From Haliotis rubra (lineage: Eukaryota), in contig NW_025766991.1 of assembly GCF_003918875.1 (NCBI RefSeq), positions 2,790,001-2,854,000 on the forward strand: a DNA stretch of 64,000 nt, read 5' to 3'. The translations under genes and the position numbers were made by a program. Position 1 is the stretch's first letter, and each line of letters opens with the position of its first letter. The notes beneath the pieces were generated by a model. The model was not told the DNA's origin. It saw nothing but the letters and a program-made list of their open reading frames with translations, and searched no databases. Positions 1 through 11,292 of this stretch are shown piece after piece.

Positions 1-57
1 TATTTTTGCAAAGGATGTCAAATGGTTTCAAACAATATGCAGTTATGTGTATGTATA

Positions 58-442
58 CAGTGTGCGAAATATCCAATGACCCGCTAGCCCGTGGCTAGTA
101 AAAATCCAGTCGGGTCAGTAAATTTACACAGTAACTGGCCCGACTGGCTAGTGACTTTTCATGGGGTCATTTTGTAAATATATCACTCTCTCCGACTTGT
201 TAAGTTATAATACACTTAAATCATGCAAGATTATGGCCTGATAAAAATGTTCAGCATATTAACAGCATAATGATGAAACCCGTGTCATGCCGACAATATC
301 TTACTTTTTTAGCTATTTTTGTAATCTTTTTCTTAGTTTCTACATTCAAATTTCGGGCTAGTGAATTATTTTGTGGGCTAGTAACTTCCAGGCATAGCTA
401 GCCCAAGTGGCTAGCAAAATTTGGAAACTATTTCTCACACTG
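58..442 (+). mobile_element. Non-autonomous DNA transposon (CAG...CTG ends, hAT-like); second copy at 36465-36787
   Basis: Terminal inverted repeats (TIRs) CAGTGTGCGAAATA / TATTTCTCACACTG; homologous inverted copy elsewhere in the window. Confidence 0.7.
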
Positions 443-871
443 CGTATGTTATACTGAAATCATGCAATTACTTCACTCCATGCTTGCTCATTATCCCATT
501 TCCCTCTGAGCGCAAACGGGCATAGCTAAAAGACTTGCCAACTCACCTAACTACTTACAACATGGCTGTCTTTGCAACGCTGATCGTCTTGATCAAGGTA
601 AAGTTTCGTGGATGTATATTTAAATAGCATACCGACTCAAGTTGATATACAGTATGACTGAACACAATGAACCGTGTCTTCGACAAAACGCATGTAAAGT
701 CCAAAATTGCTTTGTCCGGAGTACTGAAGTTTGATTGTTTTGTCGTATTTTCGCACATAGCTACAACTTTAGGCGCGAGTCGTCTTGCATATTACGGAAA
801 GAGGCGAGTGTTGACGGATGATTCTAGGACAATCGGAAATGGGCGCGTGGTGTCAATGCTGGCCACCTCAC

Positions 872-1099
872 CTGGAAGCCCTTGTACTTGATCAGTTCCT
901 TGAGCCTGTCCTCGATGACCACCCGGCCATCCTCCTGCAGGTACCCGAGATCTCCTGTGTGAAGCCACCCGTCCTCTTTCAACATGGCCGCAGTGGATTC
1001 AGGGTCGTTGAGGTAGCCTTTCATCATCTGTGGGCCTTTTGCACAGTACTCGCCCAGTTCGCCTATCCCTAGAGACTTGCCGGTTTCGGGACACTGAAT
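872..1099 (-). CDS. 4CL/luciferase-like exon 8
   Basis: [31 protein letters not shown]; donor GTGAG at 871. Confidence 0.92.
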
Positions 1100-4000
1100 C
1101 TTTGAGAAGAGGAAAGACATTAAGTCCACTTTCAATGGTCATGTGACAACTACACGAAAAATTTATAAATATTTCAAAATTAAGCCTGAGTAAGACATCT
1201 TTATAAGATTTTAATAATTTCGTTTTCAAATATTCCTGGATGATTCTTAGATCAATTTAATTCATTCTTGACCCGAAACATATTTAACATCACTTGAGTG
1301 CCTCTAACAATGTTCATTTATAACATTTATAGTAATACTGAGACACCGATGATCTATATACATATAAGACACCACTACTCGTTGTGCAGAGTTATGTCCC
1401 TTATGCGTGACAGAATCCTATTATCGTTGGTTCAAATCCATTTTTCACCCTTCTGTATCACCCCACACTTCTCTAAAAATAAATAATGCATTTCTCTCAA
1501 TAACACTACCTATCAGCCCTCAATGAAGCTACCATATAATATTTTATTTTTTGAATTACGTATTTAGATCACAATATTTAATTACAAAGTTGGAATGAAT
1601 TAATGCAACGTTGCATTGAAATCGACTCTCTTGCCCTCTACCAGCCTTGGAGCGCTCTTTACGAATATCCAACGCACAACTTGAAACCAGTTCGGCAAAC
1701 ATCGACAACACTGCGTCCGACAGTTTTCGATGTACGGTGCAATTGTTTACATTCAATATATGGCAAGTGTTCTCTGTTTGGAAGCTGTTCGCCTCGACGT
1801 TCAATTAATGATTTCAGGCAAGTCGTAAGGGATAATAAGTTTTTAATGCATAAATAAGAAGCTAAAGTGAGTGCATATGCCCCAATATATATAATATAGG
1901 CCAAATATTGTCGAAAATGTGTGATATCATGCATTACTTCGGCCTGTCCTCCCAAGCTGAGGTAACTGAGGTCATGTCCAAAGCAGATCATTCATTTCAC
2001 AAATAATTCCATTCTTCACATTTCGAACAAATTCGAAAGGAATTCACATGCAGGTGATTGTTAGGTGATGTAGTTACCTTTACAACAGTGTTGGGAACCA
2101 CGGGGCCAATTGACCCCGGTTGAGCTGGCAAAACATCAACGTTGATCACTGGGGATGCTTCCGTCAACCCGTACCCTATAACACAGTTATGACACAAATA
2201 ATCGACGAGAGGAAGTATAAAGTGAACACGTTTATGAGACAAGTGAACGAGTGAGTGAGTATGATTTTACGCCGCTTTTAGCAATATTCCAGCAATATCA
2301 CGGCGGGGGACACCAGAAATGGGCTTCACACATTGTGCCCATGTGGGGAATCGAACCCGGGTCTTCGGCGTGACGAGCGAACGCTTTAACCAGCAGGCTA
2401 CTCCACCGCCCCTAATCGTTTGTGGCACAGATGACCGACACATTTGAGGGGAAATATACGCTGTGAGGAAATTTTACTAAAAACGGCTCGACTTCAGGCC
2501 ATCTCCATTTCTATGCGTTTCTCATCTCCAATCTCAACAAGCAAGAGAACGGACAGGCGAAAAATATACACCAAAATTGATTGTTGTTTGCTTATTTCGT
2601 GTAACCACTTGGTAAAAGTCTTAAAATTTATTTTTGATGCAGATCGAGTCTCTTTGCTTGCAAAGCATTTTTTAATAAATAACTACATACACTAAGAGGG
2701 GCGAAAACTAGGAAGAGAAAAGTATGTATCACTTCACGTCAGAATGACAATTCAGGACGGACAGGGGATGGAAACCAGAAAATTACGAACAGCCTTATAT
2801 CAGTCTTGGCCTATCCCGAAAACAAGACACGAAAGAGTGAGTGAGTTTAGTTTTACGCCGATTTTAGCAATATTCCAGCAATATCACGGCTCTGGTCACC
2901 AGAAATGGGCTTCAAACATTGCACCTATGTGGGGATTCGAACCCGGGTCTTCGGCGTGACGTGTGAACGCTTTAAGTACTGAGGCTACCCAACCACCCCG
3001 ACACGAAAGACCTTTGGTGAATGGTATATATTGAATTCAACAGAAACCCGCAAAGTCCAACAGCATTACTCCAACGTATATTCAGGATCTACGACGCTAA
3101 TACGGTTATTCCATTACCGTTATCTTGTAATGTCGTACTATTGCAGATTCAGAACAGCTGGGTGCCGTTGTACAAAACAACCTTACCGCTAAGACTTCCT
3201 TAAGTCAATGTTAAGGTATGGGAGTTACGGTCACCTTTGCGCTAAGATCACGTTGTACAACGGCACCCAGATGACTTTGCAGGCATCGCATTCAGTGAGT
3301 GAGTGAGTTTAGTTTACGCCGCACTCAGCAATATAATAATGCTAATAATGCTAATTGACAATATGACAGCTATATGGCGGCGGTCTGTAAATAATCGAGT
3401 CTGGACCAGACAATCCAGGGATCAACAGCATGACCATCGATCTGCGCAACTGGGATACGATGACATGTGTCAACGCAGTCAGCGAGCCTGAACACACGAT
3501 CCCGTTAGTCGCCTCTTACGACAAGCATGAGTTACTGAAGATCAATTCTAACCCGGATCTTCACGGGTCCATTATCGCACTGAGATGCATTGAGAAGGTA
3601 CAACGAACTACCCAATAAATTAAATAGAAACACAAGCACGTATACTGGTAATTTTGACACAGTAAGAATTACCAACTACTAAGACACAACTTTAAGCAAA
3701 TACGCTCTGCACCGCGATCCTGTGTTGAACCCGCTCGTACGACGGACTTTCTGACTGTGCCACCGTCTCAGGATAGCGATTGCAGTACCGGAAGTACTAA
3801 TTGCGCTTGAATCCCATAACTAATATACATGCTTGTGATTGGTTCCGTCATGCAGTCACAAAACCAGTTTAACCTGGCCCCCATCTCTCATATCGCTGAC
3901 AACGCACAAAGGGACTCGGGAACCAGTTGAAAAACCAGCAATGTGGAAGATTGGTTGGTTGGTTGTTGTTGTTTAACGCCGCGCTCAGCAGTATTCCAGC

Positions 4001-7000
4001 TGTATGGCGGCGGTCTGTAAATAATCGAGTCTGGGCCAGACAATCTAGTGATCAACAGCATGAACATCGATCTACGCAATTGGGATACGATGACATGTGT
4101 CAACAAAGGCAGCGAGCCTGACCACCCGATCTGGTCTGTCGCCTTTTACGACAAGCATGTGTTGCTGAAGACCAATTCTATAACCCGGATCTTCACGGGT
4201 GCCATGTGAGCGAAATATTCTCAAGCACGACGTTAAACCCAATTTCACCTCACCTCACCTCACGGGTCCCATGTGGAGGAGGTACAACTCACCTTGAACC
4301 ACAGGGGCCTTCAATCTGTTCACGAACTCGTTTGTCAAACCTTCACCGAGCGGAGCTGCTCCACTGACGACATACTTCAAGTTGGACAGGTCAAACTTTG
4401 AGACTACGGGATGTTTGGCAAGAAACAGGATTATAGGAGGCACCGCGTGGAGAATGTTAATCTGTGGAATAATTGACACGTCATAAATTTTACGCAAGAT
4501 ATTTGCACGTGTTAAGTTTCCCTTTAATGAAATCGGGAGACAGGACGCAAAGAATAAGTGCTAGTTCCGGAACTAAACTGGTTTCCGGCTCCCTTTGCGC
4601 GCGCCAACTTGAGATATGCGAGACGGGGCCCGGCTTACTTCCGGTACCAGATTTCAGGTTCCAAATTGCGCGACCGCCAAATATGACTTTACTAGACCGG
4701 ACCAAGTGTACAACCATGCTTGGCTGTCACAGCTGTTGACAGTCGTAATAGTTGGCTAATTTGGGGATGGTTTGCAAGGATTATCGGTTCCTTGCTGTCA
4801 ACTAACAACTATGAGACCATTCGAAAAGGTATGAAGCGTTCTTTGTGAACGGAAGTACTAAGGTCTCGCGAAGTGCCTTGACCTTCTTACGGACCCTATA
4901 TCTAAAACCATTCGGAGATGGGTGCTTATAACTTAGGTCACAACATATCTTTTACAGACTATGACAGTATGTTTGTATGTTGTGTAACACCACATTCAAC
5001 AATATTCGAGTTATATGGCTGCGGTCCGTAAATAATCGAGTCAACAGCATGAGTACTTATCTACACAACTGGAAATCGATGACATGTACCATCCGATCCC
5101 TTTCGACGCATTTTACGACAAGCATGGGTTGCTGAAGACCAATTCTAAGCAGGATCTTCACGGGTTATGAAGGTATGAGTGAATGAGCATCATTTACCGC
5201 CGCTTTCAGCAATTTACATCAATTTTCGAAATTGGGTGCCAATCTTTTCAGAGACATTGGCTTATCTAGTTTGAGCGTATTTCTCTCTCCTTGGATGTAA
5301 TAATTTCATCCTCCGGTGGAATATGAGAGTTATACATTTAAGGGCATCACTTTTTTATGTGTTTCACGTAGCCACCAAATTCTGAACATGGGCCGGTCGG
5401 TCGGGGGAAGAAAACATAATAAAGACAAAATTATCCTAATAATGTTCTTGATTCTCAGTGATTGTAATTCTTAGTACAATTTATCGCGTTCTTTGGACTT
5501 GAGGCAGCAACTGATTAAATAAAACATCTTCAAAGATATACATTTTATATGACGAGGCGATACGTGTTAGGTTCGAGTCGGCGGTGTTGGATGAAGAGAA
5601 AATAATTGGGGGGGAGGGGCACATCAGTAACATTAGAATTGTCGGTCGGGCGATGAGAAACACAAAAAAATAAAAATGCTGCCCTAACTTTAAAAAGTCG
5701 ACTTTACGTCGCAATCACAGACTGGACTGTAAAGGTTCACATCACGATGTCTGGGATATCATGGCACGCCGAGTTTGATCTATTCACATCACAAAATAAG
5801 GCTACTTGAGTCTGCCTGCTTGGAGGCCTTAAAATGCATGGTATAATTGGTATACAGGGATGATGACATTTCATACCTTGTGTTTGTGTAGTGTAGTCAG
5901 GAACATTTCTGGATCAAAACGAGGCATTGTGTAGAGAGTGGCGCCATCTTGCAAAGCGCCAAACTGTATAGGTATCATACCGTATATATGATAGAATGGC
6001 AGCACGCCTATAAACTTGTCCTCCCCTTGCTCTACCTTCAGAGGTTTTCTGTAAGAACATATAAATGACAAAATTCTGTATACACTAATACAGATTTTAA
6101 GCAGATATATGCTAGAAGTTGAATGCGTAAGGTTTTACGCCTCTTTAAGCAATATCCCAGCAATATCACGGCGGGGAACACCAGAGTGAGTGAGTTAGGT
6201 TTTAGATATTCCAGCAATATCACGGCGGGGAACACCAGAGTGAGTGAGTTAGGTTTTAGATATTCCAGCAATATCACGGCGGGAACACCAGGAATAGGCT
6301 TCTCACATTGTACCCATGTGGGGAATCGAACCCAGGCCTTCAGCGTGATGAGCGAACACTTTAACCAATAGGCTACCCCATCACCCCTATGCTAGAAAGA
6401 AATGATAACTTGTAAGATCCATACTATAATTAATATAGAGTAAACTATGGTTATAACGAACTCAAGGCCACAACTACTTTTAGTTCGACATAACCGTAGT
6501 TTGTTATATGCATTTCGAATATAATATACAGCAAATGGCTAGGATGATGAAGGTTCTTTATCGAACACAGAGACGATTGGGTAGCCTAGTGGTTTAATCG
6601 TTAGCCCACCATGTCAAACGTCCGGGTTCTATTTGCTACCTTGATGGCAATTTATCCAATCCTCTACTGGAATTTGTACATTGCAATATTACTACTCGAG
6701 CTATTAAATCAGTGCATACTGAAATTTTATTCTCAGCTCCCTGAGGAGGATATAGCCTGTACGGTGCTCGAATATTATGGTTTTACGCCGCCTTTAGCAA
6801 TATACCAGTAATATCGCGTCGGGAACACCAGAAATTAGGCTTCACACATTGTACCCATGTGGGGAATCGAACCCGGGTCTTCCGCGTGACGAGCCAACGC
6901 TTTAACCACTAGGCTTCCCCATCGCCCCTAACATATATCGAGGTTAATTAATGTTTTAAACTAAATCTAACTTATACCGCGCACCGAATGGTCAAAATTC

Positions 7001-10000
7001 AATAAAATATTCCATATTTTGATCTTTAAACGACTAAACGCACGCACACACGTATGCATGCACAAAGACTACAGACGCACAGACGTACACACAGACACAC
7101 AGCACACACCTGATCTGGTTGAGGTTAGCTACACAGTTGTGGTGCGTCAACATGACGCCTTTAGGAAGGCCGGTGGTGCCACTGGAAAACGGGAGTAAGA
7201 GCACGTCGTCTATCGGGTTGACGTTGACGTTTTGAGGCAACGCTGCCCCATCGTCCTTCATGAGTTCGGAAACAGGTCGACATCCCTCTGCTTCACCCAG
7301 ACAAAACAGGTCCTGACAAACAAAGGAAGACGGAATAACAGTTATGAGATACTTAATTGAATAACGAACGTCTGAATATAATAATGACAATAATAATTAA
7401 AAACACATATGTACAGTACGCCAAATTCACACCCTAAAGCAGGCATATGTTTTCTCAGCTCAATGGGAAAATTAAAGGTTAAAAGTTACCTTACCACCTA
7501 GTTCTACAGTGTGCCAAGCCCCTACTGTGAATACAGGCATTTTTCGAACAAAGTCACTCTCCCAAGAAGGCAGCACGTGTAACATGTGCTTCTTTGAGAC
7601 GCAGGAAAGCCGAGATACTCTCTTGAGTCAATACACGGAACAGTGGGGTGGACTAGAACTTAAAGCGTTCGCTCGTCACACCAAAATCCCGATTTAGATT
7701 CCCCACATGGTCTCCCCCGCCGTGGATTATTGCTAAACGCGGCATAAAGATCACACAGTCACTCTTGAGACTGACGCATAGGGTTACCAGTGACCAGGGT
7801 TTTCAGTGACTGTGCGTTAGTCTAAGATACGGTTAGACTGCACACAACACAGGCTACTGCACACACAACACAGGCTACTGCACACAACACAGGTAGTCTG
7901 TCTCACAGTCCCTAAACCACATTAATTCCCCTACTGCCAAGCCCTCTCTGCAGTGCTAAAGCCTTAAATGAAGCAAGTCTAGATTTCCTCTGAATCTCTG
8001 GTCTCCCTAGGGCTCCTTTTCAATATAAATGGGCTTGTTTGTTACTATCAAAATTATACATATTCAGAGACTAAGCCTTAGTCTAACAACACAGGCTACT
8101 GCACACAACACAGGCTACTGCACACAACACAGGATCTTGAACGAGCTGGCTGATATGAAGACGTTAGAAAGAATTTTATTTCTACGCAAGCATGTGTCTC
8201 GTGGTCAATTTCACAAACAGCTACTGTTTGTCCTGGGACGAATCTCCAGGATACAACTAAAAATAAGTAAACCTACGAAGCCCAAATTACCGGTTACGAC
8301 AAATTCGTCTATGGCATGGGAACCCTCAACCATAATATTTTCTTTGAAAGGCATTTAGTAGTACGCATAAAGGGTACTCCCTCCCTTCATGATATATATT
8401 TTCTCCTCCGCCCATGGCTGTCAGCAATGCAAAACTCGGAATGAAGCAAGTCTAGATTTTCCTAAGGTTCGGGGTACTGAATCTCCTACCCCTCTTGGGC
8501 TTGTTTCTATCAAATTATATATGTTCAGAGACTCGGCGCTAGTCTACAAATGAACAACAGACTTACTGTATATTTTTCTTAGAAGAGATTTTGAAAACTA
8601 TACATTAGAGCTGTGCAGTCTTTGTATGTGTGCAATCAAGAAGTATGGTCAATGAGACGTACCCGTGATGATATACTCATACACAATATATACATACCTT
8701 GACGGCCCTCTGTACAATAGGTGAGGATGACAAAGCTTCTTTGACTGTTGGGACGAGAGGTGGGATGGTGAACACAGCCTTGGCCTTTGACATCTCCAAC
8801 TGGCGAGCTAACTCGCCTGCAGCACAGACATATATAAGTTATTTGCACATTAATTTGTCGGGTCGGGTATAGAAAGTGCCAGATGGAGCCGGCCGGGTAT
8901 AGTAACTGCAAGATGGAGCCGGTTGGATATAGAAAGTGCAAGATGGAGCCAGGTGGATGTGGAAAGTGCCAGATGGAGCCGTTCAGGTATAGAAAGCGCC
9001 AGATGGAGCCGGTCGGGTATAGAAAGTGCCAGATGGAGCCGGTCGGGTATAGAAAGTGCAAGATGGAGCCGGTCGGGTATAGAAAGTGCCAGATGGAGCC
9101 GGTCGGGTATAGAAAGTGCAAGATGGAGCCGGTCGGGTATAGAAAGTGCCAGATGGAGCCGGTCGGGTATAGAAAGTGCAAGATGGAGCCGGTCGGGTAT
9201 AGAAAGTGCCAGATGGAGCCGGTTGGGTATAGAAAGAGCCAGATGGAGCCGGTCGGGTATAGAAAGTGCAAGATGGAGCCGGTCGGGTATAGAAAGTGCA
9301 AGATGGAGCCGGTTGGATATAGAAAGTGCCAGATGGAGCCAGGTGGATGTGGAAAGTGCCAGATTGAGCCATTCAGGTATAGAAAGAGCCAGATGGAGCC
9401 GTTCAGGTATAGAAAGAGCAAGATGGAGCCGGTCGGGTATAGAAAGAGCCAGATGGAGCCGGTTGGGTATAGAAAGTGCAAGATGAAGCCGGTTGGGTAT
9501 AGAAAGTGCAAGATGGAGCTGGTTGGGTATAGAAAGTGCAAGATGAAGCCAGGTGGATGTGGAAAGTGAAAGATGGAGCTGAGTGCATGTAGAAAATGCA
9601 AGATGGACCCGAGTTAAAGAGGGAAGTGCAACGTGCAGCCCTCGAACGTTGATGGCATGACTTACCTGCAGTATATGCCGGGTTTGCCGGAGTGACGACC
9701 ATGCCGCACAACGCAGCTGCCAGGATCAGCATACAGTATTCCGGAACGTTGACGCTGAAGATGGCAATGACGTCGCCCTTAGTATAGCCAAGTCGAGTGA
9801 GGGCGCTTGCCACCTTGACGGCAGCCTCTTCTACTTCCGTGTACGTGTAACTGCGCCCCGTGGGTATATCGACCTGTATGAACAACACCAAAGTAGTGTT
9901 GGGAATTGGTTGAAATCTCACAATTGATGATTGCTTCATTACCAACGAACAATCATCGAAAAAAATTGGTTAGCGTCATTTTTCAGATTTTCCTATCCAG

Positions 10001-11292
10001 GTTGTTATTGCAGATATGTATAACATGATGCAACTTGCTACTTTAAAGTGATGACTAATATATCATGAACATAAACTTCCTGGAGTCTTAGAAAAATATT
10101 TTTAGATAGTGAAGTGAATTAAACACGTTTTCAGGCCCTGGCAACTTCTAAGATACGTTCCATTGTCAAGTATTTCAAAGACTAAAACAGTAGTTCCAAA
10201 ATCGTTTATGTTCGATTATGAGAAAATGTGATCGATTGCTTGGTCGTTTGGTCACTGCGACCAATCTTCGATTATTTCAATTAATCGGAACACCACTACA
10301 CCAAAGTGTGACAAAGTTACTGGTACTATTGCAGCTTTATGTCACAGGTTAACATGGATACCCCTGTGAGATACCCTATACTGACGCCGAACCGACCAGG
10401 TACGGTAACAACAAAAATCACAATCTATTTATAACGCCTTTTGTTAATACGCCGGCGGTAAATGAAACTACCGACCTCCCGCTCGCATGTAGGTAAGTGG
10501 GTGAGTATGGTTGTAGGTCATTTTTTAGCAATATTCCAGCAATGTCACGGCCTGGGACACCAGAAATGGCCTTCACACATTGTACCCATGTGGGGAATCG
10601 AACCCGGGTCTTCGACGTGACGAGCGAACGCTTTAACCACTAGGTTACCCCATAAAGTTAAGAGTTATATGTAAAAACATAAAATGGGTGAAAGTATGAT
10701 CGACCTTTATCACCAGGTACGTATGTGTACGTGCATTGTCAAGGGGCAGACAAATGGAATGGGGCAATTATTCAGCTTTTGATTGCGCGCCGACGGCATG
10801 ATAGGTTATTCACAATACCAACCACTGGTTTGACTGGTCCAGGCTCGAATAACTGATACGCCGCCGCGACACAGGAAGAATCATTCGTCACCACTCGCCC
10901 CTTTCCGTAATCTTCCGGAATAACACGAGTTGGTCACGAATGAACAAGAATATTTTAACAATAAAAGGGATCGTATAAATGAGAAAATAACAACCACTCA
11001 CCGTTGCTGTGAGTTTGGCGTAGGGCTGCATCATCTCCAACACATATTGAGCGAAGTTCACATTGGGAATGTCCTCATCCGGAAAGGGACTGCTGGCGAT
11101 GTTATCAGGGGAGATAAGTGAGCTGAACGGCCTGGCACCTAGAGTTATCCGCCCTGAAGCTCGGGACAGCCTGCTGCAAGACGGGCAGACGGATCCTTGG
11201 GGTGACTGGAGGACCCGAGCAGTGGTAGGGAGGGGAAGGCGAGATCCATCCCTCAGACAGCGGGAGATCACACGAGCGGTGCATGGTCTCAT
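872..11292 (-). CDS. 4-coumarate--CoA ligase-like / luciferase-like acyl-CoA synthetase (ANL family), 3'-partial; exons 11002-11292, 9666-9873, 8698-8816, 7110-7312, 5877-6048, 4293-4461, 2078-2175, 872-1099
   Basis: Exons splice in phase at GT-AG sites. Motifs: AMP-binding [70 protein letters not shown]-terminal exons lie outside the window. Confidence 0.93.
2078..2175 (-). CDS. 4CL/luciferase-like exon 7
   Basis: GYGLTEASP...PGSIG. Confidence 0.9.
2249..2412 (-). mobile_element. SINE family A (tRNA-derived head, (TCAC)n tail)
   Basis: A box TAGCCTGCTGG, B box GGTTCGATTCC; many copies in the window. Confidence 0.85.
2836..2999 (-). mobile_element. SINE family A
   Basis: Similarity to other copies. 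Confidence 0.85.
3158..3270. mobile_element. 113-bp palindromic MITE (Harbinger-like, CWG ends); other copies at about 11720-11828 and 52232-52344
   Basis: TIR CTGGGTGCCGTTGTACAA / TTGTACAACGGCACCCAG. Confidence 0.75.
3295..3570 (-). mobile_element. Retroposon family C (about 240 bp, no tRNA head, structured 5' end)
   Basis: Begins GACCCGTGAAGATCC and ends GCGGCGTAAACTAAAC(TCAC)n; more than ten full or partial copies in the window. Confidence 0.85.
3953..4200 (-). mobile_element. Retroposon family C
   Basis: Similarity; (CAA)/(CCAA)n tail variant. Confidence 0.85.
4209..4260 (+). mobile_element. 5'-truncated SINE D tail insertion
   Basis: Matches the family D 3' end; 15-bp TSD CACGGGT(G/C)CCATGTG at 4194-4208 and 4261-4275. 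Confidence 0.75.
4293..4461 (-). CDS. 4CL/luciferase-like exon 6
   Basis: [33 protein letters not shown]. Confidence 0.92.
4970..5166 (-). mobile_element. Retroposon family C, diverged
   Basis: Similarity with internal deletions. Confidence 0.75.
5877..6048 (-). CDS. 4CL/luciferase-like exon 5
   Basis: [10 protein letters not shown]...[10 protein letters not shown]; phases match neighbouring exons. Confidence 0.92.
6130..6387 (-). mobile_element. SINE family A with triplicated 54-bp 3' segment
   Basis: CAATATCACGGCGGG at 6161, 6215 and 6269. Confidence 0.8.
6779..6928 (-). mobile_element. SINE family A
   Basis: Similarity to other copies. Confidence 0.85.
7110..7312 (-). CDS. 4CL/luciferase-like exon 4 (AMP-binding P-loop)
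   Basis: [21 protein letters not shown]. Confidence 0.92.
7894..8085 (-). mobile_element. About 200-bp TAG...CTA element (Academ-like, non-autonomous) inserted in a 19-bp tandem repeat
   Basis: Homologous to 18871-19069 and 23064-23261; flanked by ACAACACAGG. Confidence 0.75.
8698..8816 (-). CDS. 4CL/luciferase-like exon 3
   Basis: Phase 1 to phase 0; [18 protein letters not shown]; CAG acceptor, GTATGT donor; this frame is not in the ORF track. Confidence 0.85.
8860..9610. repeat. 30-bp minisatellite (AGATGGAGCCGGTCGGGTATAGAAAGTGCM), about 25 units, in intron 2 of the 4CL-like gene
   Basis: Exact 30-bp periodicity. Confidence 0.95.
9666..9873 (-). CDS. 4CL/luciferase-like exon 2
   Basis: CAG acceptor, [11 protein letters not shown]...[14 protein letters not shown]...NPAYTA, GTAAG donor. 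Confidence 0.9.
10500..10651 (-). mobile_element. SINE family A
   Basis: Similarity to other copies. Confidence 0.8.
11002..11292 (-). CDS. 4CL/luciferase-like exon 1 ([11 protein letters not shown]...YAKLTAT), includes a presequence-like segment
   Basis: ATG at 11292, 97 codons, donor GTGAGT at 11001. The segment [17 protein letters not shown] resembles the 4CL-like N-terminus. Confidence 0.8.

Noticed and set aside
3501-3570. Assignment of the family-C head to HDV-like, hammerhead or pistol ribozymes
   Set aside because: No CUGANGA/GAAA core, no HDV P3/L3 with P1.1 cytidines, and the helix order differs from pistol; left as an unknown fold
8636-9601. Long ORFs (321, 228 and 187 aa) on both strands
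   Set aside because: By-product of a stop-free 30-bp minisatellite inside an intron whose flanking exons splice in phase without it
872-11292. Calling the gene a true luciferase or a horizontally acquired plant 4CL
   Set aside because: 4CL/luciferase-like acyl-CoA synthetases are widespread in non-luminous invertebrates; the gene has ordinary introns and sequence alone cannot show light emission
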